From positions 3,936,001 to 4,000,000 of the forward strand of contig OZ253564.1 of the NCBI GenBank assembly GCA_965262915.1: 64,000 bases of DNA. Reading direction: 5' to 3'. Within the stretch, counting starts at the first letter, position 1. Each line of letters begins with the position of its first letter. A model generated the notes under the pieces. The model did no database searches, had not been told where the DNA came from, and saw only the letters and a program-made list of their open reading frames with translations. This stretch comes from Candidatus Spongiisociaceae bacterium (GTDB lineage Bacteria; Actinomycetota; Acidimicrobiia; Spongiisociales; Spongiisociaceae). The position numbers and the translations under genes are program-made. Below are positions 59,646-64,000 of the stretch, piece by piece.

Positions 59646-60875
59646 ATGGGAGAAGCAGACCAGATTATCTACGGTGGGGTTGACACCCATCGGGACGTCC
59701 ACGTAGCAGCGGTGGTGGATGGCGTCGGGCGGGTACTGGGATCGGAGTCTTTCGCGGTGGAGGAATCCGGTTATCGGCGAATGGTCACCTGGTTCGAGTC
59801 GCGGGGACAGTTGGTTCGGGTTGGGGTGGAAGGAACGGGTAGTTACGGCGCCGGCCTGGCCCGTTACCTGACCGAGATGAACATCGAGGTGGTGGAGGTC
59901 AACCGCCCCAACCGCCAACTACGCCGCCAGAAGGGCGGCAAGACCGACAGCGTCGACGCCGAGGCGGCAGCTCGGGCAGCTGCCTCGGGCGAAGCAACCG
60001 CGGTTCCCAAGTCCGGTGTGGGCCCGGTCGAGTGCATACGGATGCTGTGGGTGGTGCGCCGCTCCGCGGTCAAGGCCCGCACCCAGGCCGCTAACCAGAT
60101 ACATGCGCTGGTCGTAACAGCTCCCGAGCCGCTAAAACACCAGCTAAAGGGCATGAATCTCAAAGCACGGGTCAAAACCTGTGCCCGGTTCCGACCCGGC
60201 ACAGACCACACCACCACCGCGTATGCGAAGCGTGCCCTACAGCATTTGGCCCGCCGGTATCAGGCCCTCGACGTAGAGATCGCCCAACTCGAAGCCGAGA
60301 TCCGGCGTCTCTGCGCCCAGGCCAACCCGGCCCTGCTGGCCACAGAAGGTGTCGGTCCTGACACAGCCGCCGCGTTGTTGGTCGCCGCCGGCGACAACCC
60401 CAAGCGAATGAAATCGGAACGGTCTTTCGCGGCGCTGTGCGGCGCCAGCCCCGTCCAGGCGTCATCAGGACGAACCCTTCGGCATCGTCTCAACCGGGGC
60501 GGCAACCGCCAAGCCAACAACGCGCTATGGCGGATCGCTACCACCCGGATGCGCACCGACGCCGCCACCAAAGCCTACGTGGCACGACGCAAGGCCGAGG
60601 GCAAGAAGAAAAAGGAGATCATCCGCTGCCTCAAGCGGCACATCGCCCGAGAAATCTACCGGCTCCTCACCAACCCGCACCCAACCCCGAACTGCGCCCG
60701 CCTACGCACCCGACGCCAACAACGCGGCATCACCCTCACCCAGACCGCCCAAGCCGTCGGAACCCACCCCAATCGCATCTCAGCACTCGAACACGGCCGA
60801 GACCACAACCACCACCTCGCCACCCGATACCAGAACTGGCTGCACACCCACCAAACCGCCCCATCATCGATTTGA
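59646..60875 (+). CDS. IS110 family recombinase/transposase with a C-terminal XRE-type HTH
   Basis: GVDTH, GVEGTG, KTDSVDA (DEDD), ASSG catalytic Ser and HRLNRGGNR; extra RLRTRRQQRGITLTQTAQAVG...ISALEHG. Confidence 0.93.
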   Translation: MGEADQIIYGGVDTHRDVHVAAVVDGVGRVLGSESFAVEESGYRRMVTWFESRGQLVRVGVEGTGSYGAGLARYLTEMNIEVVEVNRPNRQLRRQKGGKTDSVDAEAAARAAASGEATAVPKSGVGPVECIRMLWVVRRSAVKARTQAANQIHALVVTAPEPLKHQLKGMNLKARVKTCARFRPGTDHTTTAYAKRALQHLARRYQALDVEIAQLEAEIRRLCAQANPALLATEGVGPDTAAALLVAAGDNPKRMKSERSFAALCGASPVQASSGRTLRHRLNRGGNRQANNALWRIATTRMRTDAATKAYVARRKAEGKKKKEIIRCLKRHIAREIYRLLTNPHPTPNCARLRTRRQQRGITLTQTAQAVGTHPNRISALEHGRDHNHHLATRYQNWLHTHQTAPSSI

Positions 60876-61109
60876 CAACCATAGGAGCATCGATGAGCCG
60901 GATAAGAGCGGCGGAAGGCTGCAGTCCGTTCAGTTTGCGGGTTCGGTGCGGGAGAAATTGGGAGCGCAGCGTGGTGTCCTCCGGCACACCCCTGGCGAGA
61001 AGGTTACGAACGGCAGGTGCATCTCCGAGGCGCTCGGTTGCAACACAATCTCGTTCGCCACGCGCGATGGAGGCCGTGTCTGGCCACAAACCGGATACCT
61101 CGCAGAAGC

Positions 61110-61138
61110 CGAAAACCCTTGCACTGCAAGGGTTTTCG
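61110..61138. terminator. Perfect inverted repeat downstream of the tRNA
   Basis: CGAAAACCCTTGCA-C-TGCAAGGGTTTTCG. Confidence 0.7.
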
Positions 61139-61142
61139 TTCG

Positions 61143-61217
<75 letters not shown>

Positions 61218-61530
61218 TCGATTGGATTCATGATTGTAGCGCATTTCTCCGGGTTTGGCTACGGCACCGGGCCCCCGGTTGTCGGCTACAGACCGGCCGC
61301 GAAGTTGAGTGCCTCGTCGAAGGTGGCGTCCTGAAGTAACAGCCGGCGTATCTTGATCAACGGCCGATCATGTCGATGGATAGAGCGACAGCATCCTCGG
61401 CGACAGCAATCAACCGCGCATGCCTGCTGCCTCGGCGTGAGCCTCCCGTCGGCGCGCCTGGAGGCCGATCGTAGAGCCGCAACACAACTGCTACGCTATC
61501 CGCACATCCGTACGTAAAAGGACCATACGC

Positions 61531-62385
61531 ATGATTATCGACTTTCGCGTCAGGCCTCCGTTCAAGAGCTTCTGCAACCTGAACATCTACGGGCCTCGCG
61601 AATCGAACCCCGACCCGGTGACCGCCCCTGGCGTCTGGCTTGACCTGGCCCCGTGTCGATCCTTCGACGACAGGTCGATCGAGAGGTTCGTCGAGGAGAT
61701 GGACGAAGCCGGCATCGACGTCGCCGTCGCTATGGGCCGCAACTCGCCGGCGCCGTGGGGGTCGGTTGCCAACTCCGACGTCGCCGAGTTGGTCGATACG
61801 TACCCGGGGCGATTCGTCGGGTTCGGTTCGGTCGATGGTTCATCCGAGGACAGCGTCCGCCAGGTTGACGAGTGCGCGGGACTCGGGTTCAAGGGCGTTG
61901 CAATGGACAACCCGTGGTGCAGCCCCGCCCTGTACGACGACGACGAATCCCTCTTTCCGGTGTACGAGCGGGTCGCGGAGCACGGCCTGATCCTGTCACT
62001 TACGAGCAGCATCTACCTGGGCCCCGACATGTCGTATTGCATGCCGATGCACATCCAACGAGTGGCGATGATGTTCCCACAGGTGCCGATCGTCGTTCCC
62101 CACGCCTTCTGGCCGTGGACCACCCAGGGGTGCGGAGTCGCATTCCAGAACTCGAACCTTTACCTGGCGCCTGACTTCTACGGCCATATTCCGAACAGCC
62201 CTGGGGCCGAGGAATACGTCAAGGCGGCTAACTACTACCTGGGTTACAGGTTGCTGTTCGCGAGCAGCTACCCGATCCGGCCGCTTGGACAGAGCGTCGA
62301 GCAGTTTGCCGCCCTCCCGTTCAAGGATGACGACCTGAGGCAACGGTGTCTGGGCGGGAACGCAAGGCGCCTGCTGGGCATCTGA
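61531..62385 (+). CDS. Amidohydrolase family (Amidohydro_2)
   Basis: IIDFRVRPP, EMDEAGID, HAFWPW and LLFASSYP motifs. Confidence 0.85.
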   Translation: MIIDFRVRPPFKSFCNLNIYGPRESNPDPVTAPGVWLDLAPCRSFDDRSIERFVEEMDEAGIDVAVAMGRNSPAPWGSVANSDVAELVDTYPGRFVGFGSVDGSSEDSVRQVDECAGLGFKGVAMDNPWCSPALYDDDESLFPVYERVAEHGLILSLTSSIYLGPDMSYCMPMHIQRVAMMFPQVPIVVPHAFWPWTTQGCGVAFQNSNLYLAPDFYGHIPNSPGAEEYVKAANYYLGYRLLFASSYPIRPLGQSVEQFAALPFKDDDLRQRCLGGNARRLLGI

Positions 62386-62550
62386 GTCCGGAAATCTCTC
62401 CGGCTGGTTCCCCGACGCGCCCCGGCCACCTACCTGCGAGCCGGCATATTCCGGTCGCTGCTGACCACATCGCCTCAGGAGCCCCGAACCATTCGAGATC
62501 CGGAGCCACGCGTACCGGTCGAGCCGTGGCCAGTCGACGGCGAGCCATGG

Positions 62551-63351
62551 TCATCTGCTCTGGAGCACCACCGATATCTCGTCCGCGGTGGTCAGCAGCT
62601 GCGGGACGATCTCCCTGATGACCTTCTGCTTCGTCGACCGGGCCACTGTGGTGAAAACGTTGATCGCGGCGATCACCCGTCCCCTCTCGTCCCGGATCGG
62701 GGCGGCAACCGACCGGATCCCGAGTTCGAGCTCCTCGTCAAGCAGATACCAACCCTGATCACGGGCCTTCTTCAGCTCGGCCTTGATCCCATCCGGGTCG
62801 TAGACAGTATTCGGGGTGTGCGGTCTGAGATCCGACTCCGCCAGAATCGCATCAACCTCCAGATCAGTCAGACCGGCGAGCAACACCCGACCCATCGATG
62901 TCACGAATGCCGGCAGACGCGACCCGATACCCAAGGTCAGAGAGAAGATACGCTTGGTCGGCGCACGGGCCACATACGTGACATCCGTTCCGTCGAGCAC
63001 GGTCATCGAGCACGACTCGTTCACCTGCTCCGCCAATGTCTCCAAGTACGGCTGAGCAACGGCTCGCACCCCGACCGCCGAGAAATACGCATAACCCAAC
63101 TGGAGGACTGCAGGCGACAGTGTGAATAACCTGTCGCTCAGCTTTACGTAACCCAAATCGGCAAGCGTCAACAAGAGGCGACGGACCGTCGCTCGGTTCA
63201 AACCCGTCCGGCGAGCAACCTCGGACAATGTCTGCTGCCGGTGATCTGCATCAAAGCTGCGGATCACAACCAAGCCCCGTGCCAGCGACTGGACGAAATC
63301 AGCTTCCTTGAGAACGCTGGGTTTCGTCATGTCCTTCGTCGTCACAGCCAC
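62551..63351 (-). CDS. IclR family regulator, PcaR/PobR-like
   Basis: FVQSLARGLVVI, GSRLPAFVTSMGRVLLA and ELELGIRSVA motifs. Confidence 0.92.
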   Translation of the reverse strand: MAVTTKDMTKPSVLKEADFVQSLARGLVVIRSFDADHRQQTLSEVARRTGLNRATVRRLLLTLADLGYVKLSDRLFTLSPAVLQLGYAYFSAVGVRAVAQPYLETLAEQVNESCSMTVLDGTDVTYVARAPTKRIFSLTLGIGSRLPAFVTSMGRVLLAGLTDLEVDAILAESDLRPHTPNTVYDPDGIKAELKKARDQGWYLLDEELELGIRSVAAPIRDERGRVIAAINVFTTVARSTKQKVIREIVPQLLTTADEISVVLQSR

Positions 63352-63823
63352 TCCATGTCCTCCTTTGCCCTTGGACCTACTGGTGCCGACCGGCGGCGAA
63401 TGAGCCTACTAAGAGGGTGCTCAATAACGGGTAGATGGTCGGCCCGTCGTCCGCTGACCAGGTATTTTGTTGTCGACCGCCGGGCCAACCGGGGGTTCTT
63501 GACCACCCTCCTAGGCAAGACATCGCACACATGCGCGATTCGAAGAACTACGATCACGCCGTTCGGCTATCCCGCTACGTTCGCGGATGATGCCGCCTGG
63601 CCGCCGACGAACCTCCTGTCACCGACAGTTCCTATTCACCCGAACAGGTCCTCGTACATGGCGCAACGCCTGAACCATACCGGCCTGCCCTCCTGCCACC
63701 AGGGAACGCCGAACGCCGACCAGCCGCCTCGCACCAAGATGCCGTCATCAACTCGCGCATGTAAGCGATTCGCGCGGATGGGAACCCCCATCCTGTTGAC
63801 TCTTCCGCAGGTTAGCAGCGTAT

Positions 63824-63857
63824 GTGCGCTATACGCACAGTCGTACGTTATACGCAC
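63824..63857. promoter_or_regulatory. Two tandem PcaR/PobR-type operator boxes
   Basis: GTGCG-CTATA-CGCAC and GTACG-TTATA-CGCAC fit GTNCG-N5-CGNAC; upstream of the PcaR-like gene and near TTGACT (63796). Confidence 0.6.
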
Positions 63858-64000
63858 GCCATTCTTATGGGCACAAGTGTTTACCCGCTACATCGACCCA
63901 TCGATACGGAGTCGCCGATCCGGTCCCGGAGGCCGAAGACGAGGGGCCGGCGCAGTCATCATCGGCTGTTGCTCGGACCCGGTATTCAAGGATGCTCGGC

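Larger units (their letters stand above)
59414..60891 (+). mobile_element. IS110 family element
   Basis: DEDD recombinase and no terminal IRs. A shared (A)TC core is present at both junctions. Joining RE to LE creates TTGACA-N17/18-CATACT. Confidence 0.92.
57990..60899 (+). mobile_element. ISL3 family insertion sequence, with the right IR interrupted by IS110
   Basis: Left IR GGCTCTTCGGAAATGAGTGGGGAGT. Right IR split into ACTCCCCACTGAAATC / GATGAGCC. 8-bp TSD GGATAAGA at 57982-57989 and 60900-60907. Confidence 0.93.

Overview
GC-rich bacterial DNA, probably from an actinobacterium such as Acidimicrobiia. This is inferred from lipoprotein solute-binding proteins with Thr/Ala/Pro linkers and from codon style. 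Most of the window is a mosaic catabolic region for N-heterocycles and amines. It has two BMP-type nucleoside ABC systems, an NdmA/B-like Rieske oxygenase, six amidohydrolase-superfamily genes plus a dihydropyrimidinase-like enzyme, a C-N hydrolase, a UbiD decarboxylase, a formamidase, a GcvT-like protein, two three-subunit molybdenum hydroxylases with CoxD/CoxE, a TorT-like ABC system and two class-III aminotransferases. Toxin-antitoxin pairs, defence relics and many deletion scars are interspersed. The standout signal is at 58-61 kb. An IS110 element, whose recombinase carries an extra C-terminal HTH, sits inside the right inverted repeat of an ISL3 element. Its left-end non-coding region folds like a bridge RNA, and the guide segments can be read directly: they match the reconstituted target and the circle-junction donor. 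A transposase-less relative of this RNA (34 kb) and a right-end relic (37 kb) bracket a Schlafen-ATPase gene and a DISARM remnant. All family assignments come from motif recognition by eye, with no database searches.
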